Virus record (IMG/VR): IMGVR_UViG_3300021378_000004 | DNA from: a virus | DNA length: 64,000 bases | Strand: one strand, 5' to 3' | In this document: positions 1 through 9,617 of the stretch, piece after piece | How the letters are laid out: every line of letters begins with the position of its first letter | How positions within the stretch are numbered: position 1 is the stretch's first letter | Notes under the pieces: model-generated | Told to the model about the DNA's origin: nothing | The model's database searches: none | Seen by the model: only the letters and a program-made list of their open reading frames with translations | Position numbers and translations under genes: made by a program

Positions 1-3000
1 GGTGGTATTGATTCTGCTGCAACAACTGCTTTAATTGATTCATCTTATGTACAAGCAAGACAAATAAAATACACTAATGCAGACTTTACGGATTCAGCAT
101 ATGTTACTTCACAAATCAATAGCGTAATAGACGCTGCACCTGGAGCTCTAGATACTTTAAACGAATTAGCGGCTGCACTAGGTGATGACGCAAACTTTAG
201 TACAACAATAACAAATCAAATTGCGGGTAAATTAGATTCTGCTCAAACTATTGCTTTAGTTGATTCAGCTTATGTTCAAGCAAGACAGACTTCTGCCGGT
301 GGTAATGATTCAGCAACAACAATTGCTTTAATCGATTCAGATTATGTTCAATCAAGACAAGTTACTCCTGTTCCAGCGTTTACTAAAGTATCAATTGCTG
401 GTCAAGGCGATGTCGTGGCAGATGCAGATGCTGCAATTCCAAACTGGGCAAGTGGCACACAACAAGCTAAGTTATTAGCAGCAGATGCAGCTACTGGAGA
501 CGCGCTTGGTCAAGGCGCATCTATATCACAAGATGGAAATTATGCAATAGCTGGAGCATATAACGAAGATATTAATGGAAGCAATTCTGGATCAGCGTAT
601 ATCTATATAAGATCAGGTACAACATGGACACAACAAGCTAAAATAGATCCAAGTGATGGACAATCAGATGATTATTTTGGTCACTCTGTTGATATCGATG
701 CTGATGGCGATACTGTAGTAGTAGGTGCAAGAAAAAGTGATAGTAATAAAGGTAACGTATACATCTTTACTAGATCAGGAACTAGTTGGTCTCAACAAGC
801 AAAATTAAGTAGACAAGGAACATCACCTAACGCTTTTGGTAACTCTGTTGGAATATCTGATAATGGTAATACTGTAGTTGTAGGTAGTAGTGGAGGTAGT
901 CCTTCATCATCTGGTTATTTGGTAACTTATACTAGATCAGGAACTACTTGGTCTCATCAACAAACATTAGTAACTTCGGATGCAACTTCAAACGCTTACG
1001 TAGGAAAAGACGTAAGTATATCTGGTAATGGATTATATATTGCAGCAGGAACTGTAGAAATTAATGGTAGTGGAGGCTCAGGCCTTAACGGTTCAGGTAT
1101 TGCATATGTATGGTTTTATGGTGGAAGTTCATGGGCTCAACAACAAAACATATACCCTTCAGATGCAGCTGCATATGACAAATTTGGCGGCTCAATGGCA
1201 CTTGATAATGATGGTGATACACTCATAGTTGGAGCTGAAGCTGAAGATCCAAGTGGTCTTAATAGTGCTGGATCTGTTTATGCGTTTACAAGATCAGGTA
1301 CGACATGGACACAACAAGCTAAACTTCCTGGCCAAGTTGCAAGCGGCGAATTTGGTGGCTCAGTTTCAATTTCAGATGATGGAAATGTTGCAGTAGGTAG
1401 TGCTCGTAGAGAAGTAAATTCAGGAGCTGGAGTTGGTTCTGCTTACATTTACACAAGAACAGGATCTACTTGGTCACTAGCGAAAAAAATATTTGCCTCT
1501 GATACTGTTGGTGGTTATCTAGGTTTTGAACCTGGTGCACTAGAAATATCAGGTGATGGCCAAACATTAATTGCTGGTAATCACGGGGCTTCTTCTACTA
1601 CCGGTGCTGCATATATATTTACAGCTCCGTTAGGATTAATGATACAAGATACTCTTACACTTGAAGCTGGTACAGGAATAACTCTTACAACTGCTGCAGG
1701 TACTGATACAGTTACAATTACTGGATCTGCTGCAGGTTTAGATTCTTCAGCAGCAATTGCTATTGTCGATTCAGCTTATATTCAAGCAAGGCAAACAACT
1801 TATGACTTCTTAGATTCTGCCGAAGCAATATCTCTTATTGATTCTGATTACGTTCAAGCTAGAGCAACAGCTTCAGCTGCAGTTACTCAATCTGACACAC
1901 CTCCTTCTAGTCCTACAGCTGGCGATTTATGGTTTGATACAACTGATGCAACTTTATTTGTTTATTATAACGACAGTGACGGAGCGCAATGGGTAACTGT
2001 TTCAGGTCCTACTGGTGCTACTGGTGCTACTGGTGCTACTGGTGCTGGTGCTATAACTTGGCAATCATCAATACAAACTGATTCATCTCTTACAGCTGAA
2101 GTAAATAAAGCTTATTGGGTAGATACAACGAGTAATTCAGTTAAAGCAACTTTACCTACATCTGCTAGTGTTGGTGATGAAATTATATTTGCTGATTATG
2201 CTAGAACATGGAATACTAATAATTTTTTAATAGATAATAAAGATTCTACTGCTGATTTAAAATTTCAAGGTGTACACGATTCTGATACAACATTTAGCAC
2301 TGATGGTACGGCTTTACACATAGTTTATTCTGGTGCAACTCAAGGTTGGATTCCAATAACCGATGATGCTGTTGCTCAGCACGCTGTATCACAAGCGTAC
2401 ACTGAAGCTTCAATTGAAATGTTAATTGAAGCTGGTGGTGGCGGTGGTGGTGGTCACGTCGGAGGTGGCGGAGGCGCTGGAGGCTACAGAACATCTACGC
2501 AAACAATAAGTAAAGATAGTGTGATCGTTGTTGCTGTAGGAGGAGGCGGCGCTGGAGGCCTAGGATCTGGAAACAAATATGGAATAGATGGAAGCAGTTC
2601 TTCCGTTACTAGTACTGGAAATATGACATCTATCACATCAACCGGCGGTGGTGGTGGTGGTGGCCATGAAGGTTCCAGGACACAAGGTGCAGATGGTGGT
2701 TCTGGAGGAGGTGGCGGATCTGGTGGTAGTAATGGAGCCAAAGCAGGAGGATCTGGTAACACGCCTTCAACATTTCCTTCTCAAGGAAATGACGGTGGAT
2801 CCTCAAGTGCAGCTTCAAGCTTATATAATTGCGGAGGTGGTGGAGGTGCTGGAAATGCCGGTGCTAACGGAAATACTTATTCTTCTGGCGGTGAAGGCGG
2901 AGATGGAGTTGCAAATTCTATTACAGGAAGTTCTGTCACGTATGGCGGAGGAGGAAGTGGAACTATAACTGCAAACAGAAGTGGTACTGGTTATAATCCA

Positions 3001-3261
3001 GGAGGTTCTGGAGGCGGTGGAAACGGAACGTCTTATAATAGTGCTGGATCCCCAGTGATCGGATCTGCTGGTACAGCTAATACTGGAGGCGGCGGCGGTG
3101 GACAAAGAGGCGGTAACGGTTATGCTGGAGGATCTGGCGTAGTTATTTTAAAAGTTCCGACTGCGGTGTATAGCACAACTAGTACAGGAAGCCCAGTTGT
3201 TACCACATCTGGAGATTATACAATATTAAAATATACAGGGGCAGGGAGTTATACAGTATAA
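1..3261 (+). CDS. Large tail fibre/adhesin protein (5'-truncated by window): DSSYVQAR repeats, FG-GAP-like beta-propeller, short collagen-like stretch, Gly-rich C-terminal domain
   Basis: Frame is open from base 1 (GGIDSAATTALIDSSYVQAR...) into the ORF called at 415; fibre motif APGALDTLNELAAALGDDANF; repeated FG.sV.i.gd..vvGA...G.aYif.RSGTTW.QQ blades; Gly-rich tail ending GGSGVVIL. Confidence 0.8.
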   Translation, partial: GGIDSAATTALIDSSYVQARQIKYTNADFTDSAYVTSQINSVIDAAPGALDTLNELAAALGDDANFSTTITNQIAGKLDSAQTIALVDSAYVQARQTSAGGNDSATTIALIDSDYVQSRQVTPVPAFTKVSIAGQGDVVADADAAIPNWASGTQQAKLLAADAATGDALGQGASISQDGNYAIAGAYNEDINGSNSGSAYIYIRSGTTWTQQAKIDPSDGQSDDYFGHSVDIDADGDTVVVGARKSDSNKGNVYIFTRSGTSWSQQAKLSRQGTSPNAFGNSVGISDNGNTVVVGSSGGSPSSSGYLVTYTRSGTTWSHQQTLVTSDATSNAYVGKDVSISGNGLYIAAGTVEINGSGGSGLNGSGIAYVWFYGGSSWAQQQNIYPSDAAAYDKFGGSMALDNDGDTLIVGAEAEDPSGLNSAGSVYAFTRSGTTWTQQAKLPGQVASGEFGGSVSISDDGNVAVGSARREVNSGAGVGSAYIYTRTGSTWSLAKKIFASDTVGGYLGFEPGALEISGDGQTLIAGNHGASSTTGAAYIFTAPLGLMIQDTLTLEAGTGITLTTAAGTDTVTITGSAAGLDSSAAIAIVDSAYIQARQTTYDFLDSAEAISLIDSDYVQARATASAAVTQSDTPPSSPTAGDLWFDTTDATLFVYYNDSDGAQWVTVSGPTGATGATGATGAGAITWQSSIQTDSSLTAEVNKAYWVDTTSNSVKATLPTSASVGDEIIFADYARTWNTNNFLIDNKDSTADLKFQGVHDSDTTFSTDGTALHIVYSGATQGWIPITDDAVAQHAVSQAYTEASIEMLIEAGGGGGGGHVGGGGGAGGYRTSTQTISKDSVIVVAVGGGGAGGLGSGNKYGIDGSSSSVTSTGNMTSITSTGGGGGGGHEGSRTQGADGGSGGGGGSGGSNGAKAGGSGNTPSTFPSQGNDGGSSSAASSLYNCGGGGGAGNAGANGNTYSSGGEGGDGVANSITGSSVTYGGGGSGTITANRSGTGYNPGGSGGGGNGTSYNSAGSPVIGSAGTANTGGGGGGQRGGNGYAGGSGVVILKVPTAVYSTTSTGSPVVTTSGDYTILKYTGAGSYTV
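1647..1735 (+). repeat. 89-bp exact direct repeat, copy 1 (copy 2 at 13565-13653)
   Basis: AGATACTCTTACACTTGAAGCTGG...GGATCTGCTGCAG identical in both fibre genes. Confidence 0.9.
2011..2046 (+). repeat. Perfect 9-bp tandem repeat (ACTGGTGCT x4) encoding collagen-like TGA repeats
   Basis: Read directly from sequence. Confidence 0.9.
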
Positions 3262-3656
3262 TGGCACATTTTGCAAAAATTGGAATTAATGGAAAAGTAA
3301 TGGAAATAGTTACAGTAAATAACAATGAATTACTAGATGCTAATGGAAATGAAAATGAAATTAATGGAATTCATTTTTTAACTCAGTTAACTGGTTGGGC
3401 TATTTGGAAACAAACATCCTTTAATACATATGGTAATGTGCATAGTGGTGGTGGTACGCCTTTACGTAAAAATTATGCAGGTATTGGCTATATTTACGAT
3501 GAAGATAGAGATGCTTTTTATGCGCCTCGACCATATCTATCTTGGGTACTGAATGAAACTACATGTTTATGGGAACCACCAGTCGCTTATCCAGATGCTG
3601 ATAGTGATGAAATTTATTCATGGAATGAAGAAACGAATTCTTGGGATCTAAGTTAA
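3261..3656 (+). CDS. Hypothetical protein, probable fibre-associated/assembly protein
   Basis: TAATG coupling to the Gly-rich fibre gene; MAHFAK start and YAGIGY.YD..RDAF..P.PY.SW motif seen in small proteins that follow Gly-rich fibres. Confidence 0.6.
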   Translation: MAHFAKIGINGKVMEIVTVNNNELLDANGNENEINGIHFLTQLTGWAIWKQTSFNTYGNVHSGGGTPLRKNYAGIGYIYDEDRDAFYAPRPYLSWVLNETTCLWEPPVAYPDADSDEIYSWNEETNSWDLS

Positions 3657-3700
3657 TGGCAGCTCTCATAATAAAACTAAAGTAATCAAAGGATAGATAG

Positions 3701-6700
3701 ATGGCAATAAATTTTCCAAATAGCCCCACAAACAATCAGTCGTTTACCAGTGGCGGAAAAACATATACTTATAATTCCACAAAAACAGCTTGGACAGTAA
3801 ACCAAACGCTTGGTTATGATTCTGCTACGGTTATTAATTTAATTGACTCAGACTATGTACAAGCAAGAACGGCTGCTGGTACAGATTCTGCTGCAACAAT
3901 ATCATTAATAGGAACTACTGCTGACTCGGCTTATGTTCAAACAAGACAAATTAAATATACTAATAATGATTTTGCTGATTCAGCCTTTGTCACAACTCAG
4001 ATTAATAGTGTAATCGATGCTGCACCTGGAGCTCTAGATACTTTAAACGAATTAGCGGCTGCACTTGGAGATGATGCTAACTTTAGTACAACAATCACAA
4101 ATCAAATTGCAGGTAAATTAGATTCAGCCACTACCATTGCTTTAATTGATTCATCTTATGTTCAAGCAAGAGTGACAGCAAGTGGTATTGATTCTGCTGC
4201 AACAATTGCTTTAATTGATTCATCTTATGTTCAAGCAAGAGAAACAGCTCAAGTTATTCAAATTGATTCTTCTCTTACAACTGGTGATTCTTCACAGATA
4301 ATAGATCAGTTTCCTATAGGAACTCATAGGACAACAAAGTATATAGCACAACTTAGCTCTTCTGAAGTCATAGGTTATACTAATTGGCCTGGTATGACTC
4401 AACAACAAATTATACTAGGAAATGAAACAGGCATAACTGATAATATGGGTAGTGGTGATGAGTTTGGTAGAGGAATGGCTATAGGAACAAATCAATTACT
4501 TGTAGGTTCTACTAGAAATGATTATAGTACTGATAATTCTGGAGTTGTTGTGTATTATACAAGAGATAGCGCTAATGGCACTTGGTCTTATACTGACTTT
4601 GTTCAACCTAGTTCTCCTGCATCGAGTGACTTTTTCGGTCAATCTATTGCGCCAGATTCAAACTTTGATACTATTGCAGTTACCGGCCATACTGAAGGTC
4701 TGTATATCATGGATAGAGCACCAAATGACTGGCGCGGTGGTGTTCAGAAAGGATTTTTTAAAGCTAATTCTTCTGCTTTAAACGATGATGAATTTGGAAA
4801 AGCTGTTAGTATTTCAGCCAATGGTAATTATCTTGCATCAGGCGCACAATCAAGAGACACTGGCGGAAGTAATAGAGGAGAAGTATTCATTCATTATAAA
4901 GATAGCTCTACATGGAGTTTTCAAGCAGCAATACAATCAGATGATATTGCAAATGGCGACAAATTTGGAAATTGTGTTGCACTAAACGATGCTGGTGATA
5001 CATTAGTTGTTGGTGCTTGGTTTAAAGGAGGAGGATCTAGTGGTATTGGAGCTCCTGGTGCTGCTTATATTTTTACAAGAAGTGCAACAACGTCAGTAGG
5101 TTCAATTTCTAACGCAAGTTATGTACATAAATCACCACAGACTTGGCAAGCTGGAATGTCAGGTGATGCAAATGCTAATCAGCCACATACATTAGCATTT
5201 AAACCAGATGGCACAAAAGCATACATTGCAGATGCTAACACAGATCTTATATATCAATATAGTTTGTCAACACCATATGAAGTGACAGATGCTTCAATGT
5301 CGTATGATAGCATATCGTTTAATATACGAACCTCTATGGGTAGTACACCGTTACCAGCTTCAATGAAATTTAAACCTGATGGAACAAAATTATTTGTTCT
5401 GAATGAAAGCAATGATACAGTATACGAATATAACTTGTCAACTGCATATGATTTAAGTACTATTTCGTATAATAATGTAAATATTGCCATAGGTTCAGTT
5501 GAAGGTTTCCCAGAAGGAATATTTTTCAAGCCTGATGGAACTATAATGTATGTGGTTGGAGTCCAAAATGATTCTGTGCGTATGATGGATTTATCAACTG
5601 CTTGGGACATCTCAACTGCTACATATAATAGTTCTAATAATTTTTATGTGGGCAATCAAGACGGCGAACCCATGGAAGTAATATTTGATAGTAGTGGTAC
5701 TAAAATGTATATGGTAGGTCAGGTGAATAAGGCAATTTATACATACACCTTATCAACTGCTTGGGACGTTACATCTGCAAGTTATGATAATATGTATTAC
5801 AGTATGGCCACTGGCACAGATGTTGGAGGAGCGCAAAAATCGATTGCTTTGAGTGAAGATGCTGATGAGAATAAGTTATTTGTTGTTGGAATTTTTCGTG
5901 ATGAAGTATTTAGAATTGATTTACCACTTGTATTCACTTGGTCGCAACAAGCAAAATTAACTCCTTCTGATCATCCTGGAAACAATGATGTTTGGTATTT
6001 CGGTAATGGGTGTGATATATCTAATGATGGTAACTCTGTTATAATAGGAGCTCCTTACGCTAAAGTTGGTAGTAATCAAACTCAAGGCGCTGCTTATATT
6101 TTTAATAGATCAGGTACAACTTGGTCTCAATATGCAAAATTAGTAGCCAATGACGGCGCCGCCAATGACGCTTTTAGTGGTGACGTCAATGGAACTGGAA
6201 CCTCACACGCTGTAGCAATTTCAGGCGACGGAGGTTATGCTATTGTGGGCGCGCCTTATGACGATGATACCGCAAGTGATGCTGGTACTGCTTATATTTT
6301 TGCTAAGACTGGTAGCAATTACAATCTAGTTAACCCAACATATACTGGAAACGAAAATATCAGTAATCCTTTTACTAATTCTACAGACTTAGCGTTTAAT
6401 GCAGATGGAACAAAAGTGTATGTGTGTGATTATATTCTCAATATAGTAGGCCAATATAGTTTATCCACTCCGTATCTTATATCAAGTGCAACATACGATA
6501 GTGTTTCTCTTAATGTAAATAGTTATGAAGAAGATATTAAAGCACTAGCGTTTAGTACAGATGGAACAAAATTATTTGTTGCTGGTGCTGCTAGCAATAA
6601 AATTATTAGGTATAATTTATCAACAGCTTTTGATTTAAGTACTGCATCATATCACTCTCAAATAAGTGTAAGTAGTCAAAATACTGGTATTGGTTCTATT

Positions 6701-9580
6701 AGACTTAAGCCTGATGGCACTAAAATATTTGTATTGGATACTGGCACTGATGCCGTTTATTCATATAGTATGTCAAGCGCTTATGATTTATCAACATTAG
6801 TATATGACAACCAATCTCTAAATGTAAATTCACAAGAGACAGTACCGAATGGTATGGCAGTTTCAACTGATGGATCAAAATTATTTATTGTTGGTCAAAC
6901 GGCTGATAAGGTTTTTCAGTATACTTTACGTGCTGGATGGAATTTATCTACTGCATCATATTTAGGCACAAGTTACAGTGTTAGCAGTTACGAAATAGTT
7001 CCGCATGGCATAGAATTTCACCCCGATGGAACTAAAATGTATGTATGTGGAAGAGGCAGCGATAAAATACACGAATGGGATGTTACAAGTCCAGTGTGGG
7101 GTCAACAACAAAAAATACAAGCGTCCGGACTCTCCAGTAGTAATAATTATGGTTGGTCTGTAACTATGGATCAAGATGGTAATACAGCCGCAGTAGGTGC
7201 TAGAAGAGTTCAGACTAATAGTACATCGTATGGACGTGCTTATATATATACAAGATCTGGAAGTTCATGGTTAGAAGAACAATCTGTTATTCATTCAGAT
7301 TATAGCACTGCCGGTACAAATGCTTATTTTGGCTATGATCTAGATATTGATCATACTGGAAACCTTCTAGTTGTTGGAGCTCCAGCTGCTAAAGCAGGTA
7401 GTACAGCTACGGCAGGAGCAACATATCTTTTTGAAAGAAAAGGAACGCAGTGGAAAGAATTGAAAAAATATATTGCATCTAATCCAACTGGTGGAGATGA
7501 TTTTGGAGAAGCAGTAGCTATGGGCAACGACGGACTGGCTTTTATAGCTGGTGCTAATCATGAAGATACTAATTTAAATAACTCTGGTGCTTCATACTTA
7601 TTTGTGCATCCAAGCCAAGCTTTAGAATTAGCGGAGTGGTCACAAAGTTACAAAGTTATTCCTTCATCTACTAGTTATTCAAATGCTTTTACTCAATGTG
7701 ATATAAATGCAGCTGGTAATATAGCTATTACTGGATCTCACTATGATGCTCCAGGCGGCACGACTGAAGCAGGTACTGCTTATATTTACTCAATGGATAG
7801 CGCTGACGGTATTTGGAAAAACTCTCTAGAAATAAATGCATTAGATAAACAAGCAAATGATCATTTTGGACATGCTACAGTAATTAGTGGTTCAGGCGAT
7901 GTTGCGGCTGTTGCGGCTTCTCAAGAAGATAGCGGTGGTTCTAATGCTGGAGCGGTGTATGTATATAATGCCGATAATAATTATGTAATGCATACTGGAG
8001 TATCTAGTGAATACACTAATTATTCTAGCACTGGAAATGGAAGATATCAAGGGATTAAGAGTTTGTCTGCAGCTCCATTGTATGCAACTACACCTAATGG
8101 TCTGGATTTACATCCAGACGGGTATAAATTTTTTGTAACTACAACATCCGGTCAATCTAGAGTACACATGTGGACAATGTCTAAGGCATGGGATATGCAA
8201 ACTGCATCATGGAATAATTCTTTCGATGATGTAGACAATCAGGCAAGTGCGATAACAGGCGTAAAATTTAGTCCTGATGGAACAAAAATGTTTATAACAA
8301 ATAATACTGCATCTGCTGGAGGGTCTGAAGCTGCAGTTTTTCAATACGCATTAGCAATAGCATACGATTTAACTACTGCATCATATACTGGTAAGTCTCT
8401 TACAATTGGAAGCTCATCTAAAGCAGAAGATGTACAATTTAATAATGATGGAACTAAAATGTTTGTTTTAGATGACGATAATAGTGATCCAACACCAAAT
8501 AATGCAGTAAGAGAATATACGTTATCAACAGCATACGATATAAGCACAGCAACATTTGTAGACCTTTTTGAAGTAAACACTCAAGATAATATTCCTGGAG
8601 GATTAACTTTTCATCCAGACGGAAAAAGAATGTATGTTTCTGGCAGTAATACTCATAAAGTATTTCAATATAACTTAACTACTGCATTTGATGTATCAAC
8701 AGCTTCTTATGCTAATGCGTCGTTCAATACTGCATACTCAATAAATACATCAAACAACAACAAAATTCGTGGTCATAGATGGAGACCCGATGGATCTCAA
8801 CTATTTGTAACAAACGACGTTAACACTAATATTCTTACTTATTACACAGGTGGTTTAGCATACACTGAAGTTAAAAAGTTAGTTCAAACTGGAAGCGCTA
8901 CGATGGGTAAAGACGCGGCATTGGCTATATCTAATGATGGCGGTTCTATATTTGCTGGCTCCTATCAAGAAACAATAAACGGTGTAAGTGGAAAAGGCGC
9001 TGTTTATGTATTTACAGGTTCTGGGTCAAGTTGGACTATGACACAAAAATTAGAAGCAAGCGATGGTGTAGAAAACACAAATTTTGGAACTTCAATTGCA
9101 ATAGATGGAGATAATCTAATAATAGGCGCGCATGGAGATGACAAAATTGGTGATAGCAGTATTAATTGTGGATCTGCGTATCTCTTTACAAAAGGCGCTG
9201 ATGGCGTATGGACTGAAAGAAAGAAAATACAGCATTCAGATGCTGATGGTACTAATCGATTTGGTAGCACTAACGGTGTAGCCATTAAAGGAACTGATGT
9301 TGGAGTAGGAGCATCGAATATGGCAAGTTCAAAAGGAAGAGCATATGTCTTTACCACTTCAGGTATAGCTGGTGCTTTTGATGCTAGTCACCATTCTGAA
9401 GAAATTTTACTTATGCACGATGGTACAAACGTTGGTTTAACAAGTTATGGTAAGCTATTATTAAACGACAATCTTGGAACGTTTAATGGAGATATTGTTG
9501 GAAATAACGCACAACTTAAATTGTCTCCTACTAGAGCAACAACTACAGTAAAATTAAGTGCAATAAGAAATAAGATATAA
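3701..9580 (+). CDS. Giant tail fibre/adhesin (1959 aa) with FG-GAP-like propellers and three inserted LSTAWDISTASY-type propellers
   Basis: ORF track; SD AAGGA; repeat content; fibre motif DTLNELAAALGDD. Confidence 0.8.
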   Translation: MAINFPNSPTNNQSFTSGGKTYTYNSTKTAWTVNQTLGYDSATVINLIDSDYVQARTAAGTDSAATISLIGTTADSAYVQTRQIKYTNNDFADSAFVTTQINSVIDAAPGALDTLNELAAALGDDANFSTTITNQIAGKLDSATTIALIDSSYVQARVTASGIDSAATIALIDSSYVQARETAQVIQIDSSLTTGDSSQIIDQFPIGTHRTTKYIAQLSSSEVIGYTNWPGMTQQQIILGNETGITDNMGSGDEFGRGMAIGTNQLLVGSTRNDYSTDNSGVVVYYTRDSANGTWSYTDFVQPSSPASSDFFGQSIAPDSNFDTIAVTGHTEGLYIMDRAPNDWRGGVQKGFFKANSSALNDDEFGKAVSISANGNYLASGAQSRDTGGSNRGEVFIHYKDSSTWSFQAAIQSDDIANGDKFGNCVALNDAGDTLVVGAWFKGGGSSGIGAPGAAYIFTRSATTSVGSISNASYVHKSPQTWQAGMSGDANANQPHTLAFKPDGTKAYIADANTDLIYQYSLSTPYEVTDASMSYDSISFNIRTSMGSTPLPASMKFKPDGTKLFVLNESNDTVYEYNLSTAYDLSTISYNNVNIAIGSVEGFPEGIFFKPDGTIMYVVGVQNDSVRMMDLSTAWDISTATYNSSNNFYVGNQDGEPMEVIFDSSGTKMYMVGQVNKAIYTYTLSTAWDVTSASYDNMYYSMATGTDVGGAQKSIALSEDADENKLFVVGIFRDEVFRIDLPLVFTWSQQAKLTPSDHPGNNDVWYFGNGCDISNDGNSVIIGAPYAKVGSNQTQGAAYIFNRSGTTWSQYAKLVANDGAANDAFSGDVNGTGTSHAVAISGDGGYAIVGAPYDDDTASDAGTAYIFAKTGSNYNLVNPTYTGNENISNPFTNSTDLAFNADGTKVYVCDYILNIVGQYSLSTPYLISSATYDSVSLNVNSYEEDIKALAFSTDGTKLFVAGAASNKIIRYNLSTAFDLSTASYHSQISVSSQNTGIGSIRLKPDGTKIFVLDTGTDAVYSYSMSSAYDLSTLVYDNQSLNVNSQETVPNGMAVSTDGSKLFIVGQTADKVFQYTLRAGWNLSTASYLGTSYSVSSYEIVPHGIEFHPDGTKMYVCGRGSDKIHEWDVTSPVWGQQQKIQASGLSSSNNYGWSVTMDQDGNTAAVGARRVQTNSTSYGRAYIYTRSGSSWLEEQSVIHSDYSTAGTNAYFGYDLDIDHTGNLLVVGAPAAKAGSTATAGATYLFERKGTQWKELKKYIASNPTGGDDFGEAVAMGNDGLAFIAGANHEDTNLNNSGASYLFVHPSQALELAEWSQSYKVIPSSTSYSNAFTQCDINAAGNIAITGSHYDAPGGTTEAGTAYIYSMDSADGIWKNSLEINALDKQANDHFGHATVISGSGDVAAVAASQEDSGGSNAGAVYVYNADNNYVMHTGVSSEYTNYSSTGNGRYQGIKSLSAAPLYATTPNGLDLHPDGYKFFVTTTSGQSRVHMWTMSKAWDMQTASWNNSFDDVDNQASAITGVKFSPDGTKMFITNNTASAGGSEAAVFQYALAIAYDLTTASYTGKSLTIGSSSKAEDVQFNNDGTKMFVLDDDNSDPTPNNAVREYTLSTAYDISTATFVDLFEVNTQDNIPGGLTFHPDGKRMYVSGSNTHKVFQYNLTTAFDVSTASYANASFNTAYSINTSNNNKIRGHRWRPDGSQLFVTNDVNTNILTYYTGGLAYTEVKKLVQTGSATMGKDAALAISNDGGSIFAGSYQETINGVSGKGAVYVFTGSGSSWTMTQKLEASDGVENTNFGTSIAIDGDNLIIGAHGDDKIGDSSINCGSAYLFTKGADGVWTERKKIQHSDADGTNRFGSTNGVAIKGTDVGVGASNMASSKGRAYVFTTSGIAGAFDASHHSEEILLMHDGTNVGLTSYGKLLLNDNLGTFNGDIVGNNAQLKLSPTRATTTVKLSAIRNKI

Positions 9581-9583
9581 ATA
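9576..9583 (+). promoter_or_regulatory. T4-type late promoter
   Basis: TATAAATA just upstream of the ORF at 9618. Confidence 0.75.
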
Positions 9584-9617
9584 AGAATGAGAATCTTTTT
9601 AAGGAAAGCTAACACCA

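Noticed and set aside
415-417. ORF start at 415
   Set aside because: The frame is open from base 1 with the same repeats as the paralogues; the gene starts before the window
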